Source of the DNA: an uncultured Bacteroidales bacterium
Lineage (GTDB): Bacteria > Bacteroidota > Bacteroidia > Bacteroidales > JAGOPY01
Length of the DNA: 64,000 bases
Reading direction: 5' to 3'
Assembly (NCBI GenBank): GCA_963701785.1
Contig: CAVPBC010000003.1
Coordinates: 481,556-545,555 of the forward strand
Shown here: positions 45,934 through 56,985 of the stretch, in pieces
Numbering within the stretch: the stretch's first letter is position 1
How the letters are laid out: each line of letters opens with the position of its first letter
Translations under genes and position numbers: made by a program
Notes under the pieces: model-generated
Told to the model about the DNA's origin: nothing
The model's database searches: none
Seen by the model: only the letters and a program-made list of their open reading frames with translations

Positions 45934-47298
45934 TTATCTTTCTTGATAGCTTGTTTCTTTTAAAATACCTTTCAATTCACTGATAGCCATCATCGGGATA
46001 AACCTGAAGAAAATCAGCAGGCCGAGGAAGAAAATACCGAGCGTGCCCAGGAAAAAGGCCTTATCATAAATAGTCGGGTGATAGGCTGCCCAGCTTGCAG
46101 GCAAAAAGTCTTTAGAAAGCGAAGTGACTACGATAACATAGCGCTCAAACCACATCCCTATATTTATAATGATGGACATGATAAAGACGATGGTAAGGTT
46201 CTTCCTTATCTTCTTGAACCAGAATAGCTGGGGAATGATTGCATTACAGGTTATCATGGCCCAGAATGCAAACGTGTAGTCACCTGTGATCCTGTTCTTC
46301 ATAAAAGTGAACATCTCGTATTCGGTACCTCCGTACCATGCAATGAACAACTCGGTCAGGTAAGCTGTGCCCATGATAAGGCTGATAAAGGTCAGGATCC
46401 TGGCAATGGCATCAAGATGGCCCTGCGTTACGAAATCTTCATATTTGAATACTTTCCTTACGATGATCATAAGTGTCATGACCATCCCGAAGCCTGAGAA
46501 AATAGCCCCGATGACGAAATATGGCGGGAAGATCGTCGTATGCCATCCGGGCATGACTGAAGTGGCAAAGTCCATGGAAACTATCGAATGCACCGAAACA
46601 ACCAGGGGTGCTGTTAAACCGCCAAGCAGCAGGGCAGCTGTTTCAAACCTCAGCCATCCGCGTGCGCTCCCGACCCATCCGAAGCTCAGGATGCCGTATA
46701 TCTTCTTTTTTAATTTTGATGTCGTCCTCTCCCTGATCGTAGCAAAATCAGGGATCATACCCATGTACCAGAATGTTCCGGAAGCCATCAGGTAGGTGCT
46801 GATCGCCACTACATCCCAGAACAAAGGGGAATTGAAATTGACCCATAAAGGCCCGCGGGTATTAGGATAAGGAAGGATGAAAAAGGCATCCCATACCCTG
46901 CCCATGTGCAGCATTGGAAATAGACCGGCGCAGAGGACTGCAAATACTGTCATGGCTTCAGCCGCGCGGTTGATGGAAGTTCTCCACCGCTGGCGAAGTA
47001 TTAGCAGAAAGATTGAAAATGCCGTGCCGGCATGACCGATCCCGATCCACCATACAAAATTGATGATATCCCATCCCCAGCCGACATTGTTATTAAGCCC
47101 CCATATCCCGATACCCGTCGTAACGAGCATATACATGCTCCACAGGCCTATCATGACCATTACTACGCTGATAAAGATTCCTATGTACCACCACCTGGGC
47201 GGGCTGTCGGCTTCAAACGGCCGTAAGATCTCACGGGTGATCTGCCTATAAGTCTTATTTCCATTTATTAGTTCGCCTCTGACTTCTGCTTTATACAT
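45934..47298 (-). CDS. actC: alternative complex III quinol-interacting membrane subunit ActC (NrfD/PsrC family)
   Basis: Intact 454-aa, ~10-TM ORF in the conserved position after actB. Confidence 0.85.
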   Translation of the reverse strand: MYKAEVRGELINGNKTYRQITREILRPFEADSPPRWWYIGIFISVVMVMIGLWSMYMLVTTGIGIWGLNNNVGWGWDIINFVWWIGIGHAGTAFSIFLLILRQRWRTSINRAAEAMTVFAVLCAGLFPMLHMGRVWDAFFILPYPNTRGPLWVNFNSPLFWDVVAISTYLMASGTFWYMGMIPDFATIRERTTSKLKKKIYGILSFGWVGSARGWLRFETAALLLGGLTAPLVVSVHSIVSMDFATSVMPGWHTTIFPPYFVIGAIFSGFGMVMTLMIIVRKVFKYEDFVTQGHLDAIARILTFISLIMGTAYLTELFIAWYGGTEYEMFTFMKNRITGDYTFAFWAMITCNAIIPQLFWFKKIRKNLTIVFIMSIIINIGMWFERYVIVVTSLSKDFLPASWAAYHPTIYDKAFFLGTLGIFFLGLLIFFRFIPMMAISELKGILKETSYQER

Positions 47299-47331
47299 AT
47301 TGAGAAATTTTAATATACCTGATCGTTACTA

Positions 47332-50300
47332 TTAATGGGTCTCTTCATGATGCTCATCCGGTATGGATTCCCCGGATGAATATGTCGGATAATTGATGGA
47401 ATAATTCCGCTTTTTGTCTTCCGGGTCCATATTCCTGACCTTGGTGACATAGCTTACCGAAGGCAGGGTATGGAGCTGCTCGAGCAACTGGTAACTCCTG
47501 GGGTTCTGGGTAATTTTTGCGATCTCGCTGTTCGGGTCATTGATATCGCCGAAATACGATAGCATCTCCCGGGCATGACTGCTGGCAGGCCGTCTTGATC
47601 TCGCCTTCCATGACACTGCGGTTTTCAATTTTAGCCTTCAGCTTTTGCTCCTGGATCCGCTGGACACACATCGAGCATTTCTCAACGACTCCCCTTGAAC
47701 GGACGGTCACATCAGGATTGAGTACCATTTTCTCCTGCTCGTTGCCCATATTGTAATTAAACCTTTTTTCATTGGTATATTCAAACCAGTTGAACCTTCT
47801 GACGCGATATGGGCAGTTATTCATGCAATACCGCGTGCCGATACAACGGTTGTAGGCCATCTGGTTCAAACCCTTCAGAACTGTGAGGAGTGGCAGCGAC
47901 CGGGCAGACATTTTCACAGGGTGCATTATCGCAATGCTGGCACATGACCGGCATGTGGGTAACTTCCGGGTTGTCGACTTCTTCCGAATAATACCTGTCG
48001 ATCCGGATCCAGTGCATGATCCTGCGGTTTTTCACTTCCTGTTTGCCAATCACGGCAATATTATTCTCGGCCTGGCAGGCAATGGCGCAATTGCCGCATC
48101 CTATGCAGGCATTGAGGTTGATGGCCATGCGTCCAGTGGTAGCTGTCGAAAACGGGAAGGTTGTAAAGTGATTTGTTCTGTTCCATGATCTCCATATGCA
48201 TTTCATTGCCTGCATTGGGATTTTCCTTCCATTGATCCAGGGTCGTTTCCCTGATAATGGCGCGGCCCTTCCATGGTATGATGGGTCTGCGTGGTCGCCA
48301 GCGGATAGGTTTTACCTTCGACTTTATCAAGGGTGACGGATTTTCCTGATAGTTGCCTGTAACCGTTTTTCAGGTTTGCAAAAGGATAAAGGTTCTTACC
48401 AATTCCGTCCGCTACTTTGCCGGCGCTGGTCCGGCCGTAGCCGATGGCTATGCCTATGGTATCCTTGTGCTGGCCCGGCTGGACAAGCAACGGCAACTCA
48501 ATGGACCCGTTGATCATCACCACATCTTCATTCTTCAGGCCATGCTCTTCGGCATAGGACGGGGAAACACAAACGTAGTTGTCCCACACAGCCTTGGAGA
48601 TCGGATCAGGCAATTCCTGCAACCAGGGGTTGTTGGCATGTTTTCCGGTTCCCAGCCCGTTCTTTTCATAAAGGACCAGTTCCAGGCCGTTCACGGTTTC
48701 TGCTTTTGCAAGGCTGAGGTCAACCTCCCGAAAATCAACAGCTGACAATTCAGAACCGCCAATTTCTGCGAATCCGTCCTGCAGGCTATTGTTCCAGAAT
48801 TGCTCAAATGAAACGAATGCAGATTGCTTTGGTAAAAATATCTTCTTCCCAGCAGGTCCTGATGTAATCGTAAATAGCTGTTTCATTTCCTGACCATTTC
48901 AAAAGGCTTTCCTGTGCCTGCCTGGTATTAAAGATATGGTTAATGACAGGCTGGGCAAGGTGAAGAAATTCTTTTGCGGCTCAGCGTCATTCCAGGATTC
49001 AAGGTAATGGTTATCAGGACAGACATATTTACACAACTGTGCTGTTTCATCAAGGGTTTCTGAAAATGAGACCGTCAGCTCGCATTTTTTCATTCCATCG
49101 ATGAACTTATCCGGTTCGCCATAATCATAGGCGGGATTGACTCCATAAAGGATCAGGGCTTTTACACTTCCGGCGTTCATTTCATCGACCACCCTGGTTA
49201 ATTCACGGTCACTTCCCTGGCGGAGGTACATGGGCTTGTTTATGTCCAGGGTTACTCCGTAATTATCGAGTAATATATTGATGGCATTGACGGCAGCCTG
49301 TATGTAGAAATCGTTTGTACCGGAGATCACTAGTGACCGGCCTTTGTTTGCCTTAAGTTCTGTTGCAATTGGCCTGACATCGAAAGGGGGAGCTGCGGTA
49401 GTGACGGTTTGCATGCCTTTTTCTGCGGCTAATTCATTGAAAAGATTGAGCAGGATAAGCAGTTCTTCCGATGGTTTCATCTGCACACGCGTATCGGCAT
49501 TGGAACCTGTCAGCGACATGTACGACTCAAACTGGATGTGCCGCGACATGTTATTTTCGTTGGTGAGTTTCCGGCCCTTTGTGTAATCCCTTGCATATTG
49601 AACCGGAAGGATCCAGTTTCCGAGGAAGTCAGCATTAAAGCCCACGATGAGTGAAGCTTTGTCGAAATGGTAGGAGGGAATGGCCCTGGTGCCGAAGTTG
49701 GCTTCATTGGCGTCGAGCATGGCGGCCGCAGAAATAGTGTCATAAATAACCCATTCCGTTGCCGGGTAAGCTAATTTGAATTCTTCAACTGCTTTGCGGG
49801 TTGATGGGCTAATAACGGTTGGGCTGAGAAGGACTATTTTCCCGTTACCGGCACTGATGGCCTTCAGCTTATCCTTTACTTCCTGGTCGACGACCTGCCA
49901 GCCGGTTTCCTGTTTATCTTTCAGGGGCTCTTTCAGCCTGGCCTGGTCATACAAGCTCAGGACAGAGGCCTGTACCCTCGCGTTCGTCCCACCCTGGGTC
50001 AGTTTTGACAATGTGTTTCCTTCGATCTTAATCGGCCTGCCTTCTCTCGATTTGACCACAATGCTGCAATAGTCGTAACCATCAAAAAAAGTTGAAGCAT
50101 AATAATTGGCGATCCCTGGTGTGATCTCTTCGGGCTGGCTGAGGTAAGGAATAGCCTTCCTGACGGGCATTTCGCAGCTATTGGCAAGTGCGGCATATCC
50201 GACCGTAAAACCGAGCATTTTCAGGAAATCACGGCGGCTCGGATTGATAGATCTATCATCCGCTGCCATGCCTTCCGCCAAAATCTCCTTTTCAGGCTGA

Positions 50301-50380
50301 AGCTTTTCTTTGCCATGCTCTTGCGGTGTCATGCCGTTATACTCATCCAGGCTTCTCCAGTATTGTTTTATATCGTCCAT
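47332..50380 (-). pseudogene. actB: alternative complex III subunit ActB (molybdopterin-oxidoreductase-like plus 4Fe-4S domains), frame interrupted ~6 times
   Basis: Tat signal 'SRRDFLKMLGF'. FeS motifs 'CIGCGNCAIACQAENN', '[14 protein letters not shown]', '[13 protein letters not shown]' and 'CSMCVQRI'. Fragments are 48899..50380, 48203..48886, 48061..48330, 47817..48215, 47537..47926 and 47332..47628. Shifts lie near 48955, 48840, 48270, 48130, 47890 and 47600. The total of ~1016 codons equals a normal ActB. Confidence 0.8.
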
Positions 50381-50404
50381 GGGTATAGAATTCTTAAAAG
50401 AAAA

Positions 50405-51587
50405 TTAATAATGGCATTTTGCACATTCGGTGCCACCAACATCTTCAACAGTGATGCGTGTGCGGGTGCCTGATTTGAGCTTCCTCATGCAGTTTTGCGA
50501 ATTTCTGGTAGTATCCGTTTTCGGTAAATTGAACTTCTGTAGTACGGTGACAGTCGATACACCATCCCATGCTCAGTTGCTGGACCTGCATGATCCGGTC
50601 CATGGATTTTACATCGCCATGGCATGATTCACATGCTACTTTTCCTGCAACGACATGCTGTGCATGGTTGAAATAGCTATGATCCGGGAGATTATGCACC
50701 TTGACCCACTCGATCGGCTTGCCTGTTTCCAGTGCCTTGTAAATCTTATCAATTTCTGTCGTGCCCGTGTTACGTCCCTGTTTAACAACGTTGTGGCAGT
50801 TCATGCAAACATTAACTGAGGGAATGCCTGCGTGTTTGCTTTCCGTCACGGAAGTATGGCAGTATTTGCAATCGATCTTGTTATCGCCGGCATGGACTTT
50901 ATGCGAGAACAGGACAGGCTGATCCGGGGCGTAGCCAGGCTGGCGGCCCATGTTCTGGGCTTCCACCACGGTGATTTCCGTAATGATGAAAATTGAAATC
51001 AGGATGACGATCACATGCACAAAGCGTGCTTTGATAAGTTTGGTTACAAAGAGATCAAATATTGCGGCAAACATCAGGATCATGGTGATTATAAACGTGG
51101 TCCCGTACTGGCGCTTATGATCTTTTGTGTCCTTGAAGAAAGCTTCCTGGGCAGCTTTTTCCTCATCGCTTATCACCTCAGACGGAGCTTGCGCCGCGGC
51201 AGCCTGTTCAGGATCGTAATTATCGATATAGTCAATTACGGCGATGATTTGCTCATCTGTTAATCCGGCGGGAGGCATAGGTATCTTATTATACTCCTCG
51301 AACAACTTAACGGCATATTCATCACCGGATTGAATAACTTCCTGGGAATTTCTGATGAACTTTATCAGCCACTCACGGTCGCGGCGCTGGGTTACCTGGT
51401 AAAGATCAGGCCCGACCAGTCTGCCCTTTCCAAGTTGATGACAAACCGCGCAGGCCTTAAAAAGCTGGGCTCCATCCGGAGCCTGGGAGAAAATTCTTTC
51501 CGCAAAGATGCCATCTGTAAACAGGATGGCCATGAGCAATAAGGCAGGAAGGATTTTGCGCATGGTCCGGCGTAAATATCTATGCAT
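50405..51587 (-). pseudogene. actA: alternative complex III multiheme cytochrome c ActA with an extra N-terminal cytochrome c domain; C-terminal frameshift
   Basis: Heme sites are CAVCH (N-terminal domain), CKYCH, CMNCH, CESCH and CIDCH in track ORF 50445..51587. After a shift near ~50478 my translation gives '..ITVEDVGGTECAKCHY*' (a sixth CxxCH) ending at 50405. Confidence 0.75.
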
Positions 51588-51769
51588 ATAAATGTATTTT
51601 AGTAAAACCTTGTTAAAAAGTTAACAATAACAAACTGATTTACACAGTGCTAAATAAAAACTTAAATGTAATCCAGTGAAATGTTAATTAGTGGATAAAA
51701 ATAGAAATAAATTGGCTTATCACAAACAGCACAATTTATTTTATGAAAATAGGAGAGAAATTATCAATG

Positions 51770-52578
51770 CTACCAGCTTCCTCCTGCACCGCCGCCTCCA
51801 AAGGATCCACCTCCGAATCCCCCGAATCCGCCGCCGCCGCCGCCGCCAAAGCTGCCTCCGCCGGAGCGGAAATCGCCCCAGGAACCGCCACCACCTCGGT
51901 TGCCCATCATCGAAGCCAGCCATAATGCAGTCCAGATTGAGGTGCCTTTACTGCCTGTAGTGTAATGGTTGCCGGAATTACGTCGCATGAACAGGATTAT
52001 GATAATGATGATGATGAGTGGGATTAAAACGCCGGCTGAGGTTCCCCCTGATTTCTTTTTATACTGGTCGGAAGTGAATTCCCCCTTTGCCAGCGAGATC
52101 AAAGTATTCGTTGCCTTGTCGATGCCGGTAAAGTAGTCTCCTGTTTTGAAATAAGGGATCATTTCATTCTCCACGATACGTTTGGCAATCGCATCCGGGA
52201 TAACTCCTTCCAGTCCGTAAGCGACTGAAATCCGGGCCTGGCCTTTATCATTGCCATATTTAGGTTTTACCAGGACGACAATGCCATTGTTTTTCCCTTT
52301 CTGGCCTACGCCCCATTTTTCCCCGACCCGGTCGGCAAATTCTTCTTTTGTCAAACCATTCAACGATCTTAACGATAATTACGACAATTTGCGAAGATGA
52401 ACTGTCATCGAATTTAACGAGTTTTTGTTCCAGTCTGCCGGAACTGGTTTTCAGAAAAAAGCCCTGCGTAATCATTTACCAGCCTGGGAGGAGACATGGG
52501 ATCGGGAATATCCTGCCCTATTCCTGTTAGACTGAACAGGAGAAGACCGGCAAATATGAGGTTTTTAATTAATTTCAT
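51770..52578 (-). pseudogene. TPM-domain protein (YgcG-like) with a Gly-rich C-terminal tail, frame interrupted twice
   Basis: Fragments 52414..52578 (signal plus 'LVNDYAGLFSE'), 52260..52475 and 51770..52363 ('GIVVLV...ARISVGYGLEG'-type, TM helix, poly-Gly tail). Confidence 0.7.
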
Positions 52579-52591
52579 AAGTAGGACTCCT

Positions 52592-53035
52592 TTACTCGCC
52601 AAAGCTGATTTCGTCGGATAATTCATTTACATCACCTGTCTGATAGGGAAAGTGTTTTTTTAAGTTAGTGCCAACCAGGTCAACCCCTTCAATGAGACCT
52701 TCCGTAAACCTTTCTTCCCGGAAATGATTTAGAAGTAAATTTTTCAGGCCATCCCAGAAATCTTCCGGGACAACAGCATTTATGCCTTTATCGCCTACAA
52801 CGGCAAATCTCCTGTTTTTTACTGCCACGTAAAAAAGCACGCCATTCCGTTTTTCAGTTTTATGCATGCCCATTTTATCGAAAATAAAAGCCGCCCGGTC
52901 AAGCACATCACCCTGGCAGCTGGTCTCGATATGGACCCTGATCTCACCGGAAGTATCCAGTTCGGCATTAAGAACTGCCTGCCGGATATCTTCCTTTTGT
53001 TCTTTAGTAAAAAAATCTTTCGCTGTTTTGAACAT
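52592..53035 (-). CDS. TPM-domain protein (phosphatase-like)
   Basis: Intact 147-aa ORF. 'SGEIRVHIE....NGVLFYVAVKNRRFAVVGDKGI' is the TPM pattern. It follows lemA. Confidence 0.75.
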   Translation of the reverse strand: MFKTAKDFFTKEQKEDIRQAVLNAELDTSGEIRVHIETSCQGDVLDRAAFIFDKMGMHKTEKRNGVLFYVAVKNRRFAVVGDKGINAVVPEDFWDGLKNLLLNHFREERFTEGLIEGVDLVGTNLKKHFPYQTGDVNELSDEISFGE

Positions 53036-53066
53036 AACAAACTACCGTATATGAAGGTTTATCCCG

Positions 53067-53669
53067 TCAGAATTTAACTTCAGGTACTTTTTCCGCACCT
53101 TCCTGGGCTTTGAAATATGGCTTTTGCTCAAATCCATAAAGGCTGGCAAAAAACCTGGCGGGGAATTTACGGGTATAAACATTATACGTCTTTGTCGTTT
53201 CATTGAACTTCATGCGTTCATTGGCGATCCTGTTCTCCGTTCCCTCCAGCTGGGCCTGCAGTTCAAGGAAATTCTGGTTGGCTTTCAGATCAGGATATTT
53301 TTCTACTACGACGAGTAACCTGGAAAGGGCCGAACTCAAACCGTCCTGGGCCTGTTGAAATTGCGCCAGTGTCTGTTCATTAAGGTTTTCCGCGTTTATA
53401 TTAACCGATGTCGCTTTCGACCGGGCTTCGATCACCTGGGTTAAGGTTTCCTGTTCGAAATCCGCGTAACCTTTAACGGTATTAACCAGGTTAGGGATCA
53501 GGTCGGCACGGCGCTGGTAAACATTTTCAACCTGCGACCAGGATGAAGTAACAGCCTCATCGTATTGCACCATCTTGTTGTATGTTGAAATCGAGGTCAG
53601 GAAACCTATCAGGACGATAAGGCCTAAAAATACAAATACACCTATTAGAACTAATAATGACTTTTTCAT
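53067..53669 (-). CDS. lemA: LemA-family membrane protein
   Basis: 200 aa with an N-terminal TM helix. 'YNKMVQYDEAV.SSWSQVENVYQRRADLIPNLV' and 'YPDLKANQNFLELQAQLEGTENRI'. Confidence 0.9.
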   Translation of the reverse strand: MKKSLLVLIGVFVFLGLIVLIGFLTSISTYNKMVQYDEAVTSSWSQVENVYQRRADLIPNLVNTVKGYADFEQETLTQVIEARSKATSVNINAENLNEQTLAQFQQAQDGLSSALSRLLVVVEKYPDLKANQNFLELQAQLEGTENRIANERMKFNETTKTYNVYTRKFPARFFASLYGFEQKPYFKAQEGAEKVPEVKF

Positions 53670-53746
53670 GATTTTGTGTTTAGAATTTGTGTTAATGCGA
53701 AATTACAAATATTAAGCAAGTTACTGCGGGTTTAAATATTAAGTTA

Positions 53747-55652
53747 TTATATCAACTCTATGCTGCGTTTGACAAATGCGGTCAGCTTTTCACCTTTAAG
53801 CAGGTTTTGTGAGATCAGTGCCAGGTCAAATAACTGCCGGACAAGCTTGTCCTGGTTTTCTTCTTCCGGCTGGTCAAGGATAGTCTGCATCAGGGGATGG
53901 TTGGCATTAACAACCAGGTTGTAAAATTCTGGCATGTTGCCAAGGCCCATATAGCCTCCTCCGCCCAGGGCCGACATATCTTTCATGCGGCGCATAAATT
54001 CCGGCTGAAGCACCAGGAACGGGACCTCCGACTCGCTCAGGTTTTCAAAAACAACTGTGAACTTTTCCTTTTCAATGTTCTTTTCAATGATGCCTTTAAG
54101 TTTTTCTTTTTGGGCATCATCCAGCTTTGAGATACTGTTTTCGTCTTTATTGACAAGTTTATCGACGGTATCGGAATCCACCCTGCGGAACATGATATCG
54201 GTCAATTTATGTTCCAGGGTATTAATGAAATGATTATCCAGGATGCCGTCCATTATGATAACATCGTACCCCCTTTCCGTTGCTGCCTGGATGAAGCTAT
54301 GCTGTTCCTCTTTATTATTGGCATACAGGTAGATCAGCTTGTTATCTTTATCTTTCTGTGATGGCTCAACATGACTTTTATATTCATCCAGGGTGAAGTA
54401 CTTTCCGTCGACATTTTTCAGGAGGGCAAAAGTTGCAGCTTTATCATAGAACTTTTCTTCACTGATCATGCCATATTCAATAAACACCTTGATATCGTCC
54501 CATTTCGATTCGAAGCCCGGCCTGTCTTTTTTGAAGAGGTCTTCCAGTTTCTCAGAAACTTTCTTCATAATGTAGCCGGATATCTTTTTTACATTTGAAT
54601 CGCTCTGCAGGTATGAACGTGAAACATTTAACGGGATATCGGGCGAATCGATGACACCATGCAATAAGGTCAGGAATTCAGGCACGATTCCTTCCACCGA
54701 ATCAGTTACAAATACCTGGTTGCAGTATAGCTGGATCTTATCTTTCTGAATTTCGACATTCCTTTTTACTTTGGGGAAATAAAGTATTCCCGTCAGGTTG
54801 AAAGGGTAATCCACATTCAGGTGGATCTGGAACAGCGGTTCATCAAAATTCATCGGGTAGAGCTCGCGGTAAAAATTCTTATAATCTTCATCGGAGCAAT
54901 CGGCCGGTTTCTTTTTCCATAACGGATCTGGATTATTGATGATGCGTGGTTTTTCGACCATCACCTCTTTGTCGTTCCCTTTCTCGTCTTTTTCGCCTTC
55001 AACTTTTTCCCATGTTTTTTCCTTTCCGAATTCGATCGGAACAGGCAGGAAGCGTGAATATTTCCTTAAGAAGCTCAAGGATTTTGCTTTCTTCGAGAAA
55101 ATCTTTATTCTCCTTATCGATATAAACAACTACCTCGGTACCTCTTTCTTTGCGGTCAATTTCAGTAATCGTATAATCAGGACTGCCGTCACATTCCCAT
55201 TTTACAGCTTTTGTCTGGCCCCCTTTTTTATATGTTTTGGTATAGATTTCCACTTTATCCGCCACCATAAATGAAGAATAAAAACCAAGCCCGAAATGGC
55301 CGATGATCGCATTTCTATCCGCTTCACTTTTTGTCTTGAATTTCTTGACAAATTCCTCTGCACTGGAAAAAGCGATTTCGTTGATATATTTGTCCACTTC
55401 TTCGGCTGTCATACCGATGCCGCGGTCTTTTATCGTGATTGTTCCGGCTTTTTTATCCAGTTCCACACGTATGGTCAGGTCGCCGAGTTCATCTTTAAAA
55501 GTCCCGACAGAGGCCAGGGTCTTCAGTTTTTGCGTGGCATCGACCGCGTTTGATATTAACTCGCGGAGAAAAATTTCATGATCTGAATAAAGGAATTTTT
55601 TAATGATGGGAAAAATGTTTTCCGTCTGAACGTTTATCTTACCGGTTTGCAT
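53747..55652 (-). pseudogene. htpG: molecular chaperone HtpG (Hsp90), one frame interruption
   Basis: N-terminal fragment 54999..55652 ('RELISNAVDA', 'DRGIGMT', 'IGHFGLGFYS') and C-terminal fragment 53747..55129. They join at ~55065 ('..ELLK|KYSRFLPVPIEF..'), apparently an extra base in 'cttaaggaaata'. Confidence 0.85.
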
Positions 55653-55737
55653 AATGTCAGTTTTTATTTGGGGGAAGAATGATCAAAGTGCATACCGTAA
55701 TTAAGTTGCTGACATTTTGACTGTTTAAGTAATTCTT

Positions 55738-55802
55738 CCGACGGGTGAATCCGTCGGTTCAAAGTATTTTACAAAATTGGAACCAACGGATTTACCCGTT
55801 GG
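55738..55802. repeat. inverted pair of REP-like hairpins (REPIN-like doublet), possible bidirectional terminator
   Basis: 'ccgacgggtgaatccgtcgg' (55738-55757) and 'ccaacggatttacccgttgg' (55783-55802) are inverted copies of one another, between htpG and ilvE. Confidence 0.6.
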
Positions 55803-55925
55803 AGCAGTATTAAAAGTTTAATTTATATTGAATTTAGATAGATTTTTGACCTGCTTTTTGGGGAAATATTTCTAATTTAGCCAAGTTAAAAACCAAACTG
55901 ATTGTAACTATAAAATAAGCTGAAT

Positions 55926-56945
55926 ATGGAAAATATTGACTGGGGAAGCCTGCCTTTCGGTTATTTCAGGACCGACTACAATGTCCGGTGTTATTACAGG
56001 GACGGGAAATGGGGAGAGATTGAGATTTCTTCATCCGAGTATGTGAACATTCACATTGCAGCAACCTGTCTGCATTATGGACAGGAGGCATTCGAAGGGA
56101 TGAAAGCGTTTCGTGGCAAGGACGGAAAGATCAGGATATTCCGCTGGCAAGAGAATGCCAAACGTTTCCGCAGTTCAGCAGATGGGATAATGATGGCTGC
56201 TGTGCCAGATGAGTTATTTGAAAAAGCAATTATGACAGCACTCAAACTGAACGTTAAATATGTACCTCCTTACGGAACGGGTGCAGCTTTATATTTCAGG
56301 CCATTGCTGATCGGGACCGGTCCGCAGGTAGGTGTCAAACCCGCTACAGAATATATGTTCATGGTTTTTGTCGGACCGGTAGGTCCATATTTTAAGGAGG
56401 GTTTTAAGCCTGTTTGTGTCCAGTTGCTGCGTGATTTTGACCGTGCGGCACCACTTGGGACAGGGCATATCAAAGTTGGCGGAAATTATGCAGCCAGCCT
56501 TTTACCGGCAAGCCGGGCCAAGGAGGAGGGCTGTTCTACAGTACTTTTCCTGGATGCCAAGGAGAAGAAGTATATTGATGAAGCAGGCCCCGCAAACTTT
56601 TTTGGCATAAAAGGTAATTCCTACATAACACCAGCCTCTCATACCATCCTCCCTTCCATAACGAACAAGAGCCTGCAGATGCTGGCAGAAGAATTGGGGA
56701 TGAAAGTTGAGGTCAGGAAAGTTCCCGTTGAGGAGCTTGCTGAATTCGATGAAGTTGGCGCCTGCGGTACGGCGGCCATCATTTCTCCCATAAAAAAGAT
56801 ACACGACAGGGAAACGGGACATATCTTTCAATACTGTAAAGACGGCAATGCCGGCCCGGTCTCCACCAGGCTCTATAATAAACTGAGGGCCATACAGTAT
56901 GGCGAAGAGCCGGATACTCATGCATGGTGCACGGTGGTTGAGTGA
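55926..56945 (+). CDS. ilvE: branched-chain amino acid aminotransferase (class IV PLP enzyme)
   Basis: Intact 339-aa ORF. 'LHYGQEAFEGMKAFR', 'GTGAALYFRPLLIGTG' and 'GNYAASL'. Confidence 0.9.
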   Translation: MENIDWGSLPFGYFRTDYNVRCYYRDGKWGEIEISSSEYVNIHIAATCLHYGQEAFEGMKAFRGKDGKIRIFRWQENAKRFRSSADGIMMAAVPDELFEKAIMTALKLNVKYVPPYGTGAALYFRPLLIGTGPQVGVKPATEYMFMVFVGPVGPYFKEGFKPVCVQLLRDFDRAAPLGTGHIKVGGNYAASLLPASRAKEEGCSTVLFLDAKEKKYIDEAGPANFFGIKGNSYITPASHTILPSITNKSLQMLAEELGMKVEVRKVPVEELAEFDEVGACGTAAIISPIKKIHDRETGHIFQYCKDGNAGPVSTRLYNKLRAIQYGEEPDTHAWCTVVE

Positions 56946-56985
56946 AGATTGAAGATTGAAGATTGAAGATTGAAGATTGAAGATT
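56944..56985. repeat. tandem heptamer array 6 x (GAAGATT)
   Basis: Read directly. It overlaps the ilvE stop codon and fills the spacer up to the start of the next ORF. Confidence 0.9.

Noticed and set aside
51691-51960. Track ORFs 51691..51960, 51741..51923 and 51743..51925 (Arg/Ala-rich)
   Set aside because: They are alternative-frame or antisense readings of the GGN-rich stretch that encodes the poly-Gly tail of the YgcG-like protein.
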